Shown here in pieces: positions 25,311-39,117 of a stretch of 64,000 bases of DNA; position 1 is the first letter of the stretch, and each line of letters begins with the position of its first letter. The DNA comes from Perkinsus olseni (lineage: Eukaryota), in contig JABANN010000006.1 in assembly GCA_013115125.1 (NCBI GenBank), forward strand, positions 1 through 64,000, in the 5' to 3' direction. The notes beneath the pieces are model-generated. The model saw only the letters and a list, made by a program, of their open reading frames with translations, was not told where the DNA came from and did no database searches. Position numbers and translations under genes: made by a program.

Positions 25311-28300
25311 ATGCCAGCAGCTCCGGAACCCTCTGAGGCCGATCAGAGAGAGATCTACCTATGGGCCCCCTTCTATTTAATTAACTATGCTATTTTCGCT
25401 GTCATTTGCGCACTGCACGTGACGGTTTATTTTCGAAGTCGAGGGAAGTCCCGCATAGACGGTGAGCCCTTACCTTCGCCAGACCTCTCACTGACCTTGT
25501 TCGGCTCAGGACACCTCGTTGACCTGCCCGCAGAGGGAGTGGCGCAGCGTGGGTATCGTAGAGATTACCTCGGCACTGGCGTCAAATGGCTGGGCATTCT
25601 GTGGTTGTTGTGGCTGGAGATCGCTCTGCTGCTACTCGTCATGGGACAGTACTCCGTTAGCTTCTGGGATGCTTACTGAACCCTGTGGTTGCCAGATATA
25701 ACGGCACTTGGCCATTCTACTCTGTTGACTTCGAGCCAACTTGGAATAGCTTTACTCGAGGCTTCTTGGCTGCTTGGGTGAGCCCACGGGATCGAACGGG
25801 CCCTTCGCTGACTCATGTTGCTCAGGTTACCAGCACGACTGTTCTGATGCTCCTCAAGAGGTTCAGCAACTTTTTCAACACGCTGTACCTGCTGCCATGC
25901 GAGCTTGCCATGTCAGAGTAGGTTGGTGGTAATGGCTGTTGGCCTGATGTCATGCTGCTGCTGGTGTCCCATGAGTAGTTATGTGATGATGTCTGCGATG
26001 GCTGTAGACGAGTGTGGAGGAGTTACTCGGCATTCAGAGCTCTGCAGGGTTGAGGTAGTGGGCTGTGGAGGTTATCAACCTGGCTCGATAGCTTTTACGT
26101 CTTGCGTGTGAATGAAGAGAAGTATCGTGTCACCGTTGGGGTTAGTCAGAGCTCTTCCGTGGAAGCCCAGAAATCCTGGATTCGCATGCGTTAGTGGGTA
26201 TAGAGCTTGCCATGGCTTCTCCCTTTGGCGGCAAGTGAGCGTCTGTCTGTCTTAGGGTACTGTAGGGGCCTCGAGGTGGGTCACGTTCCAGCTCCGCCGC
26301 TACACTTGGAGTGGCAGTAGAGCAGTTGGGCCACCCGCTTTCGAAGCAGTCTCTATATTCGACCCAAGAGGGCCGACTGCTAGACAGGTAGAGAGGTCTC
26401 GGGTTCGATTCCCGGCGGTGTTGAATCTATCATGCAGGTGCACGGATCTGTCAACGGCCATGATTCCAGCACAGCATCCACGATGATTAGGAGTCATGGG
26501 CGGAACGAGATCGTCATCCCTGTGCCTACCTTCCTCAGGGCGGCGGTAGGTTGATTCGTCAGCATCATCCGTGCTTAGAATTCTCTGTTCAGGGTATGGA
26601 GTACTTCAACTACTTTTATATGTACCAGTTATGCGCTGTATGGCTCACAGTCTATTGGGATTATGTCACCTATGGTCTCTTATTGGCGTTGCTGGCGATA
26701 ACAAGCGGTTTACTCAAGGTGATCGGAGCCACCATTGTTGGTCACCCGCCACCATTTCGCTGCGGTTTCACAGAGTATCCTCAGGTGTATACTGAACGAC
26801 GACAGCGCTTCGAGCTTCGGAATATGGCGAGAGTCAGCGGCGCGGTGTGGGTGAAGCGAGATGGTAGCTGGACGAGGACGACGAGCGACCTCCTAGTGCA
26901 GGGGGTAGCGACAGCAGCCGGCGGTGGTTCCGTGGTTGGGAGCTTCGCTCCGCCTTTTTTCAGGATGTTATTGCGCTGTTGAACGATGAAGATACTAGAG
27001 AGAGTGCGGGCCTGTTATCTGTGGACGCGATGCTTGTCAGTGGCAATGCGGTCGTGGACGAGAGCCTCTTGACTGGGGAGACCATGCCGATACAGAAATT
27101 CCAGGTTCGTGAATGAATATGCCATTAAAACGATCGTTTTAGCCTGTAGGTGCCATCGCCCTCTGCCGACCCTGGTCTGGCTGACGTACCAAGGAGTCCC
27201 GAGACCGAGAATAAGAAGCACTATGTTTTCGCTGGCACCAAGTTGCTATCGGCCACGGGCGAGCCCAAGCAAGGACTTCCCGCCGGGTCCACGGGGACCG
27301 GTAAGCCCAACCTGAATGTGGACTCTCGCCTCCTCCCAGTGTTCAGTATGGTAGGCTGCTTGCTGGTCGTCACTCACACCTCCGCCGAGACACTGCAGGG
27401 CAGCCTTCTACGTACCTTGTTATTTGGTGCACCGCTGAAGCTGGCCTGGGCCAGGGAGATCCGCATCGTTCTGGGCATTCTGATTGCATTTGGTCTTGTG
27501 GAGTTCTTCATTCTCAACGCGCAGTACTCCTTCAGTCTGGGCAGCATCCTCACTGCATGCTTCTCTATAGTGGGTATGATCAACCCACTGCTTAGCATAG
27601 CGGTAGGCTAAGTGGTAGCTATTTTGTTATCTACCATGTTCAACCTAAGATACTCGGTGGCCAATTGGCGGCTGCCTCCCGACTGCGATCGGACAAGTCG
27701 AAGTGCTCTCGGCTGATTGGCAGGAGGGCTAAGGAGCGAGGTGAGTGTTGGGTGTCGGGTCCACCCAATGGGGGGCACCCATGGCTCCGATACTCGGGGT
27801 ACCGAGCATTCGGGCATCCTTTCACCTATTGGAACGCCCCGTTTAACACAGAGCCATACGTCGTTGGCATTTTTCTGCGTCAGATTCCCAAGCGGCCTTC
27901 ACCGACTGTGACGACGAGGGGGACATCGGTGGTAATCTCCGAGTTTACTGCAGAGACGTTGAACGCCTAACTTTAACTGGTAGTACCTTAGTGAGGTCTA
28001 ATGGGTGATTTCTGCGTGCAGGTCGCCTCAGCCAAATGTGTTTCGATAAGACCGGCACTCTCACCAAAACTGGACTGGATTTTGTGGGGATAGTTCGAGT
28101 AGATGCGGAGAAGTAAGCTTATATCGTTGTCTCGGTTCCCGACTCATATTTGAATCCAGGCCGACAGCTCCTCCGACGCTGCTATCGTTCTCGGGAGGCC
28201 CTCCGTCGAAGGGCGTGGAAGGTCTCATTGGACCTACCTTGGCGCTCACTCACACGGTCAGCGTGGTCGGAGCCAACCAGCGTGTCGGGCATCAGGTAGG

Positions 28301-31300
28301 CTTGAGTCCCTCCTTGTTCGCTTCCAGGCTATTTGGCAGGTGGAGCTTCGCATGGTTGAGGCAGCCACGTTGCTCGGGTGGAGCTATGGCATGGATATGT
28401 CTGTGGCGCAGGAGCCGCAAGGTAGGGCTGTAGTGGTGGTGGTGGGTGAGGTGTTGACCGTGTTTGACAGTAGGTGAAGGGAAGTGGGAGGTCCTCAAGC
28501 AGCATACCTTCGATCATCACAGTATGACCATGAGTGTGGTAGTGCGGAGTGTTGATAGTGGGAAGACTTACGTCTTCTGCAAGGGGTCCCATGAGGCAAT
28601 CCTGTCGAGGTGAGAGGGAGTCTTGGACCACCAAGGACCATATTGTCATTTGTCTCTCACTTCCATTGCTTGGTGGGAGAGGACTGCTTGCGTTGCTTCG
28701 CTGAGTATCTTGACCATTCATGTCACATGAATCATGTGGTGCTCCTGTACTACCTGATCACCTCTTCGGTATGTATGCTGGCTTCAGGTGCAGTTTTCAT
28801 AACGGAGAAGAGAGTGCTGGCTCTGACACCAGGGAAGTCTTCGAAGGTCTTGTGGTCTCCGCTGCCGAGCGCTATGCCGCCGAGGGCTGTTACGTACTTG
28901 CTATCGCTGCCCGGGAGATCACCGAGGGGTCGTCAGGTGAGGAGAAAGCATGCCGTGATCGGCGGGAGGACTACGGTTGCGCATCGTCGTCAGGTCGATC
29001 AGCTCCAAGACAAGAATTAGAGTCGGAGCTGTCGTTATTGGGGCTCCTGTTGTTCCGCAATGAGCTCAAGCCGGACTCAAGCCGGCAAATTAGCTGTCTC
29101 AAGGCTGGTGGCATCGATAGCGTCATGATCACTGGTGACTCGGTCCTCACTGGCGCGACTGTTGCTCGGAAAGTTGGTATCATCCCCCGACGTGACAGGT
29201 GAGATGGATGGCAGAGATGGGTCCTGCGCGAGTCCCTTCAACCAATGCGATGTCGCATGGGCTCATCTGCACTCATTTTGGTTGGTTGCAGCTCCTTTGC
29301 AACATTCAGTCTGATCAGGGGAACTTCGGACAGATTACGTGTGGACATCTCTTTGACCGGACTATGTTTCGGTACCACAATTCCTCAATTGGCTTCAGGG
29401 TTGTCATTGGCGGCGCCTCTGCCGAGGGATCGGAGATCGAGTGGCGTGATATGGACTCTCACGAGATCGTCCCGGAGTCGGCTGTGTGCGGCCCGGGTGC
29501 TCGACCGACGTCCCTCTGTGTCACAGGGGCTTGCTTTGCGGCCTTGCTGCGCTCGGAGAAGCTCGTCCCGCTCATGGGGTGCCGGGGGGAGTGCGAGAAC
29601 AGTCTGCTACCAGCGGGTGTGCGCAGGTAGGTCACACTCATTGCCACTGGAGTTCGGCGGAGGTAGTATCTCAGGCCTGGTCTAGTGGACTGCACCTGTG
29701 CCCGTATAAGAGTATTTGGTCGTATGACGCCCCATCAGAAAGTATCGGTTATTACAGCGTACTCTCGTCCACCTCTCAATCTCATTACGGGTATGTGTGG
29801 TGATGGTGGTAATGACAGCGGTGCCCTCAGGGCAGCAGCTGCTGGTAGGCAACGGACCTCCGCGTCCATCCATCATCCCTTCTATTATCAGGTCTAGCTT
29901 TAAGTGGTAGAGTGGAGGCCAGTGTGGCCGCACCCTTCAGCACAGATAGCCCCAGTATTGGCTCATTGGTACTGCTACTTAGAGAAGGTAATGCTGTGCT
30001 ATTATCCTGCAATGTGTCTATGCCGTATCTTCTCTCTCCCTTCTCCTCTCCAGCTCGTGGATCCCTCTGCACTTCCTTTGCCTCCTATCGGTTCCTGGTT
30101 GTGAGGGGCATTCTTGGCGCCATGGGCAAGGTGATTCCGCCTCTGAGAGAATGTCGTGACTTCTTTCGCGATGCCTTATGTTGTAGATCATCCTTCTGTC
30201 TATGGTTGGGGCCTACCTGGCCCCGCTCGGCTACCTCTTCCAGGACCTGGTCATGACCCCACTGCTTCTCTGGGCGATCTCGATGGTGAGTTCTCTTGCT
30301 GCCGCTCGCTGTTGGGGGATAACAGTTCAAGTCAGGCTCGACCTGCACGGACGTTGGCCGCAGTTGCCCCCGAGGGAAGTCTGCTAGGGCCCGCCATGAT
30401 CACAGCTTCGACCCTCACTGTAGGATCGAGGCATCATCTGCCTTGTCGTGGAATCTGGGTTATACTGGCGATCTCTCAGGTTATTATTCTGACACTCGTC
30501 CTTCTCACAGCTTTGGGCATACTTTATCTTCATGACGGTGAATCATGGTTTGTAAGTGCGCCTGGCCTTGGGCTATGGCATGATGTCCGTATTGGTAGGC
30601 CCGCTTCGACGACGAGGGTAGTGACATCCACGAGTGGCAGAAGCGCTCTGATAACTTCGAAGCGGCACTGACTTGGGTGTGGATGTCGTGGGCTACCATC
30701 GATACAGCTGTCTGTTACTCTTACGGTCATGTGTACCGTCGGGCTGTGTAAGTAGCGAGTCGGGTCAGTTACACTTGAGCTAGGCTGAAGCGACAGGAAA
30801 GTTGCATGTTGATTGTGTTCACTTGTCTCCTCTCGCAGGTACCGCAATTTGGCGTTGATGGTAGCAGTGATTGCTCTCAGCGTGCCCGTGTTGGTGCTGC
30901 TGCTCAACGGTAGCTGCTCTTACAACTGCGCGTTTAAGGTAAGAAGGTATCATCTTACAACTCACCCTTAGTAGAAATTGTTACTAAGAATTGCATTCTA
31001 ATATCTCTAGCTCTGGCCATTTCTCTGTTACGCCTGGGATGGCATCCGCGACTCACTGCATCACCCTTCAGGTCAACTGCGAGGAGGAGGACTACTTTGC
31101 TCTGAAGGACAGCTGGTTCAACTACTTCCTCTTCAGTTACGAAGAGATAGGGGGCACCGAGTGGTAGGCAGGGACAGCGCCCACTTCTAGCCCTTCACAA
31201 TATCCTGTCCCCGCTGTGACTGTTGACCCCGTCTCGAACGTCAGGTATAGCTCGGTGCCGTCCAACGTACTACCAGTGGGTCTCCGGTGGGGGTTCTTCG

Positions 31301-31855
31301 CCCTCTTCACCGGCATGACTATTCTACATCATCTTTCTTACAAGATCATTATCCTTGGCCCGTGCGTGCAGAAGATTCTCCCCCGTTGGGGTTGGGGTGC
31401 CAAGGAAGGTGAGCCGTTGTTGCGAGGTCCTCTCGGTCCCATGCCATCGTACCCACCTGTCAGCCTCTGCGGGAACGGTTAACGGCGGTGGCCGCTCATT
31501 CCAGTTGCCGAAGCTGCGAGTACTGGGGAAGAAGTTGAAGAGAAGATTCAAACGCGGTAGCAGTGGAAGTTGCCCACAGTTGTTTTCTATGTCCGTGGTT
31601 CAGGCCACAGCGGCAAGTCGAAGACAGCGCGGCGGAACTCTCTGGCCTCCTTGGCCACCGATGCTGACTTCACAGGGATGGACTACGCCGAGGATCGCTT
31701 CGCTGACGTCCAGCACGTTGCGTAAGGCTGGTGATTGGTGCCATCTCGATCTGGATCCACTTCCCAGGTTTGAAGACGAAACAAGTTCGCCTTCGGACGA
31801 GGTCACTGGGCCCGCACTCTATGGCCGTCAAAGTGAGCCCCCCCATCGCATTTAA
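25311..31855 (+). CDS. P5-type cation-transporting ATPase (ATP13A-like), copy 1
   Basis: VDESLLTGETMPIQK, VFAGTKL, CFDKTGTLT (~28040), FDHHSMTMSVVV, KGSHEAI, LLGLLLFRNELK, VMITGDS, RMTPHQK, MCGDGGNDSGAL, EASVAAPFS, LLREG and multiple TM exons. The 3' end is approximate. Confidence 0.92.
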
Positions 31856-32063
31856 GATCAACACTAGTTGATTAGCATTCGACACACGACGTATTTCCTC
31901 ACTGGACATTTTTGTTTTGAAGTATATTCCTTGTCTGAGCTCCGTGTAACTGTACTGCCGGTAGCTAGCTATTGAAGCGTCTTGTGGCGCCTCAGTGGTT
32001 TTGTGTTAGTGGGAGGGGCGCCCGGATGGAGTGCAGTGTCTTTGTCAGCTCGTTGTTGTCATT

Positions 32064-35000
32064 ATGGCCGCCGATCAGGAAATCGGTGACGTCCCTCTCT
32101 ACGCCCCTTTTTATCTATGTAACTACTGTATCTTTGTAATCATCATTTTGTTGCACTTTTCGAAGCTCCTACTTAACAAGAAGGCTAGACCAGCGCATGG
32201 TAGGTCTGGGTGACGCTGGTCTCTCAGCTGGACAGCCATGTATCCTGTGAGCAGGTCATACCGCAGCCTTGGAGTCAGAGGGCATCAGTGAGCTCGGCTA
32301 CAGACGAACGCTCCTGGGGACAGCTATCCAAGTCCTGGCTATAGCTTGGATGATTTGGATGGAGGTTGGGATGCTGCTCTTGGCCATTGGAAAGTAAGGC
32401 TTTGGGGCTCCTATATTCCCTTCGTCTGGTCATCTTCCGAATCCTCAGTTATTACGGTTTTTGGCCCTTCGGCAGAGTCGGGTTCACTCCAAGCTGGGAT
32501 AGCTATACTTCCGGCTTCCTCATAGCTTGGGTACTACTGGTCATGTGCTCTTATCCGTGAACTCTCATTCCACTCCTTCTCAAGCAGAGAATGGCCGGTG
32601 GATCCCGCTTGGAGCCGTTTGGTTGACTTCTGCGTTTGGCGCTTCCTCAGACTGTTGGAATGATTGTATCTTGAGTGCATGCTGGACTCAGCCACGGGAG
32701 AAAGATTCTCATCCGTCAGCCCTAGTGACAAGTGTAGACTTTGATCGACCTTTCTAGTTGTGTGCTGCTGCTATCACGCTGCCTTATGCTCGCGAGTGGT
32801 TACCTTGTCGTATATCAGGTTGCGAGCACGTTCCTGCTCATGATCTCGATAAGGTTCTCCAAAACCCTGGGCTTGCTCTACTTGGAGCCCTGCGAACTGC
32901 GAGTTGCCGAGTAAGCACTTAGGAGAAGCTTCAGCCGTTTTCGACGCCTCATACGTTTGCTTGCTATCTGATGTCCTTGTCCTCAGTCATGTTATGATGC
33001 GGTCGCATAACGTGGATGAGTGTGGTACCACTAATGACCATGCCGAGCTCTGCACAGTCAAGGTAGTTCTCCTGGCTCTGTCTTCATCAGTGTGGGTGAT
33101 GTGCTGTTATTGCATTTCAGTCCACAGCTGGGGGCAGCATCCGATGGGTTGCATACCAATTGTCGAGATACTCGTGGGTGGAGGAGGTTGCTCTGTTCAC
33201 CTCGGTATCTATTTTTAACTCCGAAGGCCCCACTGCGAAGGAGGTAGGGGAGTCTACCTTGGAAGGAGCGCCATTCTGTGATGATTCAGGTTTTCGCCGG
33301 GCAAGGTGGTAGGAGCTCGACTGAGGCCGCAGAGTTCCTCACGATCGATGGCAAGAACGAGATCGACGTGCCGGTCCCATCGTTTTTAACGGCTCTCGTG
33401 AGACCTTCGATCAGATCCTCATCCCGCATGAATTTTCGCTCTCCAGGGCAATGAGCTTTTCAGCTACTTCTATGTATATCAACTGGCTGCTGCTTGGCTG
33501 CCGGTGTTCTGGGAGTACATCACCTATGGTGTGGTGCTTATCATACTCTCCCTGGCCAGCGCCATTGCCAAGGTGATCGCTCGAGTCCTCATCGATGGCC
33601 TTCCACGATTGGCTTCCCTTAGGTCTGCACGGAACGACGTCAGCGGGTTGAGCTGAGGGACATGGCCAGGGTTACTGGCGAAGTGTGGGTGAAGAGAGAC
33701 GCCGCGTGGCGGAAGCTTACCAGCGACTTGCTCGTCCAGGGAGTACGTGTTGAAAGGGGCGATTGTGTGCGGGGGCACTTGCACTGCTTCTCAGGACTTG
33801 ATTGCTCTGATGGACGATGATGCGGACGATTCTGACGACGTAGGCCAGCTGTCGGTGGATGCCATGATCATAAGCGGAAGTGCGGTCTGTGATGAGAGTC
33901 TCCTTACTGGAGAGACTATGCCCATTCAGAAGTTTGAGGTGAGTGGAGGTCAGGTCTCTTGTGGCCTAGACTCTCTTCTTAGCCGCATGTGATGCTCGGA
34001 TTAGTAGGGGCGTTCCAGCTGGAGCTTGTTTGTCCTCACGTTGGTGGTAGTTATGTCAATTACTGAATCGAGCAGGTGCCTTCGCCGTCGGATGAGCCTG
34101 AGGTGATGGATATCCCTCGGAATCCCGGAACAGAGAACAAGAAGCACTACGTATTCGCCGGTACCAAGCTGCTCTCAGCCTCGGGAGCACCCCAAGCAGA
34201 CCTTCCACCAGCCTCAGGGGGGAAAGGTGAGCACCGCAGTCTTGTGTCACGCTGCCGTTATCTTCTCTGCATTCATATCCGAGGGGTATAGTTGAAAGGG
34301 TGGGTATTGGTTGGGTGCCCAGGGGCCTGCGTGCAGATGTTATGCTTTCCAGGTTGCTTGCTAGTCGTCACCCATAGAGCCTCTGACAGCCTTCGTGGCC
34401 GGCTCCTCCGGACCCTCCTATTTGGTGCACCAGTATCAGCTACATGGGTTCGAGAGATCTGGACGGTCCTCATCATCCTCTTTGTCTTGGGTATAATTGA
34501 CTTTATAATACTCAATGCAAAATATGCCTTCAACCTGGGTAGCATACTCAACGCTTGTACGGCCGTCATTGGGATGATCAGCCCGTTGCTATCCATTGCG
34601 GTAAGTCTCTGACCAACCTGCTGCGAATCTTCCCATGTTCGACCTAAGATACTCGGCGGACAACTCGCGTCCGCAGCAAGGCTGAGAGCTGGGTACAACA
34701 AGAAGCGGCGGATACCGCTGGTATGGCGATGCCGCTCCAAGCGAATTGGTGAGCTTGTCTTCTAGATAGTCCGTGGGTCGTTCCGCCAAGCACGAACTGC
34801 GGTCTAGCCGGCATTAATTTGTGTTTCTCTCGTGCCATCGGTTCAGATGGTTGGGGAGGAGGTTGAGTGCTATCATGTTGTCAGAAACCGAGGAGGCGTT
34901 CAAGTCGTGCGATGACGATGAGGAAGGGGACGTCGGCGGCAATTTACGTGTCTATTGCCGTGATGTGGCTAGACTCACACTAACTGGTAGTAGCTCCTTG

Positions 35001-38000
35001 TGCAGTCGCTATAGAGAGGCGAGTGGCGTCATCGATTTTCAGGGCGCGTGACGCAGATGTGCTTCGACAAGACGGGCACCCTCACTAAGACGGGACTGGA
35101 CTTCCTCGGGGTTGTACTGTTCGAGGAGGCTGAGTAAGAAGCTGCTCGCGGTCGCGACACCGCGGGGGACCATTTCTGTTATCAGTTCGTCAGTTCTGCC
35201 ACACCTGGTGTACTTCGGCCGTCGCAACCAGAAGGAGTGTATCTCTGGGCCGATTGCTGCCGGCTTGGCACTTACCCACACGGTCAGTGTTATCTCGGGC
35301 AACGAGCTCGTCGGTAGCCAGGTAAGCGTTCGAAAACCTCGGAAGCCTTGCAACTGGGCGAATGGTTGGTAGGTTGAGCTTCGCATGATTGAGGCTGCAA
35401 AGGCTCTGGGTTGGCAGTATGATAGTGACTTGAAGACTGTTCAAGAACCCAACGGTTAGAGGCCTGTCTCCGACGTGCGCTGTTTGATCGTGGCTTTGGT
35501 CAGATGGCCCTCACTGGAAGGTCAATAAGCAGCACACCTTCGACCATCACAGCATGACGATGAGTGTTGTGGCGACTGACGAGGCCAGTGGGAAGTGCTT
35601 TGTATTCGGCAAGGGCTCTCATGAGGCCATTCTCGACAGGTAGGGTGGTGAAGCTGCCGACTGATGTTAGCTAATCGGTTGCAGGTGCGTGTCGATTGGT
35701 GATGCACTGAGGAGTAAAGCCATGCTGATCGCGGAGAAGTATGCGTCCGAGGGCTGCTACGTCCTAGCCATCGCCGCTCGCCCAGTGACTCCAGATGAAG
35801 GTAGCGTTGCGGGCTGCACGGCGGCTTGACTGATTGCTTGCAGGTATGACGCTGCCGAGACATGAGCTCGAGGATGAGCTTGAGCTGCTGGGCCTTCTGC
35901 TCTTCCGCAATGAAGTGAAGCCGGACTCAGCCCGGTATGTTGATGTGCTGAGGACGGGCGGAGTGGACAATGTTATGATCACCGGGGACTCTGTGTATAA
36001 CGGAGCGGCTGTAGCCCGGAAGGTTGGGATAATCCCTCATGGCTATCGGTAAGACCGCGTCGTGGGTGAATGCGACATTGTGGTCGAGGCGGCTTAGTTG
36101 CGGTCAACTCTGAGGGTTCAATTTGCTCGTTGACGGGGTGGAATCGGTAGGGTCGATCAGACTTCACAGTAGAGGAGTCATACCGCTATGTATTGTGATG
36201 CTCGATAAGTAACTTTGTCGTTTTAGAGATAGTCGAATCGGTCGTGTCGTCCGGTTTTTCCTCGTGCATGTTCTCGTTGTCAGGGTGCTCATCGGTGATG
36301 TCGTGAACCCAGGGGAGGTCCAGTGGACGGACCTCGACACCCAAGAGGAGGTAGACGAGGCTACCTTCCTCGACAAATGCAGCGGGGAGCCTACCAGTCT
36401 CTGTGTTACGGGAGCCTGCTTCTCCGAGTTGACTCACGAGGATCGTCTCATCTCGCTCATTGGCTGTCGAGGCACTTGCGATAATAGTCAACTGCGGCCA
36501 GGGGTCAGGAGGTAGGGCAGTGTTGCAGTGCTGCAGTGCAGACTGTGTGGCCAGTCGTGTTGCTTTCTCAGGCCCGGCCTAGTGGACTGCACCTGTGCCC
36601 GTATAAGAGTATTTGGTCGTATGACGCCCCATCAGAAAGTATCGGTTATTACAGCGTACTCCCGTCCACCTCTCAATCTTATAACGGGTATGTGTGGTGA
36701 TGGTGGTAATGACAGCGGTGCCCTCAGGGCAGCAGCTGCTGGTAGGCAACCGACCTCCGAGTCCGTCCATCATCCCTTCTATTATCAGGTCTAGCTTTGA
36801 GTGGTAGAGTGGAGGCCAGTGTGGCCGCACCCTTCAGCACAGATAGCCCCAGTATTGGCTCATTGGTACTGCTACTTAGAGAAGGTAATGCGAACATCTG
36901 TGCTTATGCCGTGCTCAATAGCCACCCTTCATCAGCCCGTGCTTCTATGTGTACATCATTTGGATCATATCGATTCCTAGTGGTTCGCGGTGTGATAGGA
37001 TCGATTGGCAAGGTAAGCAAAAGCAGCGCCCATACGATCGTAACTCTCCGTGACGGTCATCACTTCAGATGATCCTTATGCTTTATGCGGGGGCGTATCT
37101 TACCCCGTTTGGTTTCATGTATCAAGACCTAGTTATGAACCCTTTGCTGCTTTGGGCACTCTCGATGGTAAGCTCGACGCTGAGAGAGTCGTCGCCACGT
37201 GTATGTCGCTGCTTGTCGTCTCAGCCAAAACCAGCGAAGACGTTAGCCCGAGTCCCTCCTGAGGGGAGCTTGCTTGGGCCTATGATGGTCATGGCTGCAT
37301 CCCTGACGGTAAGAACTCTTCATTCCTTCGTCATTTGGTCTTGATTCATTCATCTTCATTCAGATGATAATTGGTGTTATATTCCTACTGGCAGCTTTCT
37401 ATATCCTGTTCAGCAACGATGGCGAAGATTGGTTTGTAAGAATCGGGCTGGGCCTCTACTCCGCCATGAGGCCCTGTGTGTTAGGCTCGGTTTGATGGCT
37501 CTGCGAGTGAGGTCCACGAGTGGCAGAAACGGTCGGACAATTTCGAGGCGGCTCTGACGTGGCTCTGGCTGTCTTGGATCACGTTCGATACTGCGGTCTG
37601 TTACTCTTACGGCGATGTTCATCGGCGACCAGTGTAGGCAGGAGGGAAAACCCGGAGGTCTCTGGTTCTACCCTTGGGGGTGGCGTTTCTATGCGCTTCA
37701 TCATCTGGATCGGTTTTAGGTACCGCAATTTGACTCTCGTGTTTGTTGTACTGCTTACCGGTATACCAGTCCTCGTGCTCCTCCTGGGCCCCAGCAGTCA
37801 GTTCAGCTGTGCTTTCAAAGTAACTACGTGTTTCCCCTTTATTCTATTAGTTCCTTCTTCATAGGTGAATTGCAGTCTCTCTGACTTCCAAGCAGTTCAA
37901 TACAGTTGGATCAACTGGTTCCTATTCCCATACGAGCGAGTGGGTGGAGACGTCTGGTGAGAATCTTTCACTCCTTCCGCAGGATTTCACGATTTCCTGT

Positions 38001-38300
38001 TGCTCAGGCACGGAGACGTCCCCGGCAACGTGATGCCAGCGTGGCTGCGATGGACATACTTTGGGCTTTTCTCGGGGATGACGGTGATGCATCACCTCTC
38101 GTATAAGCTCATCTGCCTCGGACCCTTCGTTAAGCGAGTGCTTCCGAGTCTGGGCTGGGGGGCGCGTGAGGGTAAGGCGGGTCGGCCTAGCGAACCCTTA
38201 GAGTGGCTGGAATGATTCTTAGCTGGAATTCAGCAGTACGTTCAGCTCATTCTCACGGTCTCTAGGGGATTGCAGTGGTGTCGTGCTACAGTCTTAATAA
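32064..38300 (+). CDS. P5-type cation-transporting ATPase (ATP13A-like), copy 2 (tandem paralog)
   Basis: Same motif order as copy 1: DESLLTGETMPIQK, CFDKTGTLT (~35060), LLGLLLFRNEVK, MITGDS and MCGDGGNDSGAL, with largely shared intron positions. The 3' end is approximate. Confidence 0.92.
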
Positions 38301-39117
38301 GGCTGCTGCCACTGCTCCGAATTCATTACATACGTTAGGAATAGTGTATCGTTGTTGAGAGCGATTGACGGCTCTCTCCTAGTAGGGATGGTGAGTACTG
38401 CAGATGGGCGACTGCCGAGGCCCCTTGACAAAGACTCCTTGGAGACACCTCTTCTCATGTCGTCGTAGCTGTCGTGGTTTGATTGTTTTCTTCGTGTGTC
38501 GGCGTGGTCTCGAGCTACAGTGTGCCAGGATGATCTCCGAGGCTTGTACACCGTGGGCTCGCTGCTCTCACGACAGGCTTAACGCTAATCGATCAAGACT
38601 CTCCAAGCTGCCATCAGAAATCGTCGAGCGTAGAATTGCATCGCTTTGTTCGCTGCGTTCGGGCTGAGTGGATCTTCAGTAGAATCTCCTATCATGATTT
38701 ATCAATGTCCATTTCAGTCTCCTCGGGGTTCGTGGTTCCGTACTCGCGGCGATATATCTTCAACGCGAGGACGCGTGCCCGGTGTATGGACCTGGGCGGC
38801 TCCACACGGAGGTTGCTTTGTTCATCAGGTAAGAGCTCTCTCGCTTACCCGCCTTGCTGCTCTCATATCCCTTCTCCTTAGGTGGGCCGTAGTTGAAGAT
38901 CCCGCTGCGAGGCGGAATGCTCGTGCCGCATCGAGTTGTATTAACGTCGTTTGTAGTGTTACCATTCCTTCTCAAACTTAACTACTTTGTATGGGTATCC
39001 CTTTTCTGCGCGGATACGGCTTCGGCGCTTTACCAAACCTACATTCTACTCCCCAGCTCTTGCGTTCAGTGCTGCCCGATGTTGTGCAAGAAAGGTAGAG
39101 AAGTGTCGGTGTTACCA

